Shown here: positions 25,180 through 26,266 of the stretch, in pieces
How the letters are laid out: every line of letters begins with the position of its first letter
Position numbering within the stretch: position 1 is the stretch's first letter
Source: Candidatus Phoenicimicrobium oleiphilum
Lineage (GTDB): Bacteria; Atribacterota; Phoenicimicrobiia; Phoenicimicrobiales; Phoenicimicrobiaceae
NCBI GenBank assembly: GCA_039638295.1
Contig: JBDIWJ010000023.1
Coordinates: 1 to 26,266 of the forward strand
Length of the DNA stretch: 26,266 bases
Reading direction: 5' to 3'
The notes under the pieces: model-generated
Database searches by the model: none
What the model saw: the letters and a program-made list of their open reading frames with translations, nothing else
What the model was told of the DNA's origin: nothing
Made by a program: the position numbers and the translations under genes

Positions 25180-26266
25180 TTATACCAACCTTCCTTCTTC
25201 TTCTCCTTCTTCCTCTTCCTCTCCCTCTTTCTCTTCTTCTATCCTGCTTCTTAGCAATCCTTCCCTCAAATCTCTCCTTACCGCCTCTCTGCTTGAAATA
25301 GTGAGTGCTGCTGCCCCCAAGCCAAATTTTGCTGCCATCTCCAGAGGGTATCCTTTATAAATTCCGTAGATTAAACCAGCCACCAGGGCATCTCCTGCCC
25401 CAGTTACATCTACTATCTCACCCCTATAGGGAACCATAAACTTATTCCAATCCTCTTTCCTTCCTTCTCCGTACCCACTACCACCACCACTACCACTAGA
25501 AGAGACATATATTCCTCTTTCTCCCAAAGTAACAATCACATTCTTTACTCCCTTATTTCTTAGCTCTTCTATAGCCTCCAACATATCCTTATCATCATCG
25601 ATTCCTATCCCGGAAATTGATTCCAACTCATCCCTGCTGGGAGTCATATAATCAATATTCCAGCTTCTTCCACTTTTTTCACTTCCACTTTCACTTTCAC
25701 TTCTACTCCCACTCCCGCTTCTACTTCCACTTTCCTCAAATAATATATTTCTTAACTTCTTGACCTTTTCCACCGAAACTGGCTCAATCAAAAGCGGTAC
25801 CTTAACCTTATTGCACAGATCTACCATATATTCAATACTCTCTTCTGGTATATTAGTGTCCATAACCACTATCTTACTCTCTTTAATCAAATAGGCCTTC
25901 GACCTCAGATACTCCACCGTAATCTCCTCCAATATCTGCATATCTGAAACCGCTACTTCCATTTCACCCTTCTCATCCAATATAGCCAGATATATTCCAG
26001 TAGGATATTTTCCCGAGATTATCATCTGATCCATCTTAACCCCAGCCTTCTCGGTCTCCTCCAAAATCCTGATCCCTTCTCCATCATCTCCCACAGCACT
26101 CAACAGGGTAACTGGTACATTAAGTAATGCTAGATTATGGGCGATATTTCTCCCTACTCCTCCTGAGCTAACATTTATCTTCCCGGGATTAGAAGTATAT
26201 CTTTTCAGCTCACCACTCGGCCTACCCCTTAAATCAATATTTGTCCCCCCTATTACCACTACACCA
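25180..26266 (-). CDS. psuK: PfkB-family carbohydrate kinase, probable pseudouridine kinase (likely 5'-truncated by the window edge)
   Basis: GGVGRNIAHNLALL, VTLGERG, DVTGAGD; adjacent to psuG; frame stays open to the window end. Confidence 0.75.
   Translation of the reverse strand, partial: GVVVIGGTNIDLRGRPSGELKRYTSNPGKINVSSGGVGRNIAHNLALLNVPVTLLSAVGDDGEGIRILEETEKAGVKMDQMIISGKYPTGIYLAILDEKGEMEVAVSDMQILEEITVEYLRSKAYLIKESKIVVMDTNIPEESIEYMVDLCNKVKVPLLIEPVSVEKVKKLRNILFEESGSRSGSGSRSESESGSEKSGRSWNIDYMTPSRDELESISGIGIDDDKDMLEAIEELRNKGVKNVIVTLGERGIYVSSSGSGGGSGYGEGRKEDWNKFMVPYRGEIVDVTGAGDALVAGLIYGIYKGYPLEMAAKFGLGAAALTISSREAVRRDLREGLLRSRIEEEKEGEEEEEGEEEGRLV

Noticed and set aside
7885..25254. Short ORF-track entries (7885, 12592, 12960, 13865, 14795, 16764, 20465, 21344, 22388, 22661, 23507, 24002, 24229, 24841, 25072)
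   Set aside because: Antisense or out-of-frame shadows of well-supported genes, or repeat-derived, with no recognisable motifs.

Overview
This is a low-GC bacterial chromosomal window. It comes from a diderm, since it encodes an Omp85-type barrel; gene content and style are reminiscent of Atribacterota/JS1-like lineages, but that is inference only. Nearly all genes are on the minus strand: pseudouridine catabolism (PfkB kinase, psuG), a geranylgeranyl-reductase-family protein, long-form rfbA, a membrane-anchored amidohydrolase, an Ig/beta-helix lipoprotein, PGI/PMI, wecA, a galE-like epimerase, a pseudo-WecA::TagA fusion, mreD, znuACB, mrdA, rodA and a TIGR03960-type radical SAM protein. The only plus-strand genes are an intact HUH/Y1 REP-associated tyrosine transposase (RAYT-like, with a probable C-terminal HTH) and a 1065-aa peptidase/beta-propeller/Omp85 protein. 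The main unexplained structure is a 35-bp 17-1-17 palindrome (ATGTAAACAAAGGTGCC-W-GGCACCTTTGTTTACAT), present as 10 units plus one lone arm at 8 loci. It brackets the RAYT as direct repeats and the Omp85 gene as 73-bp inverted doublets. It nearly always lies at a stop codon and supplies the stop codon twice. Its 17-bp arms occur in re-assorted combinations. Two further miniature-element families (GTAG REPIN-like doublets and a ~100-bp TIR MITE) and several simple repeats occupy other intergenic gaps, including the junctions where the mre/mrd operon is broken.
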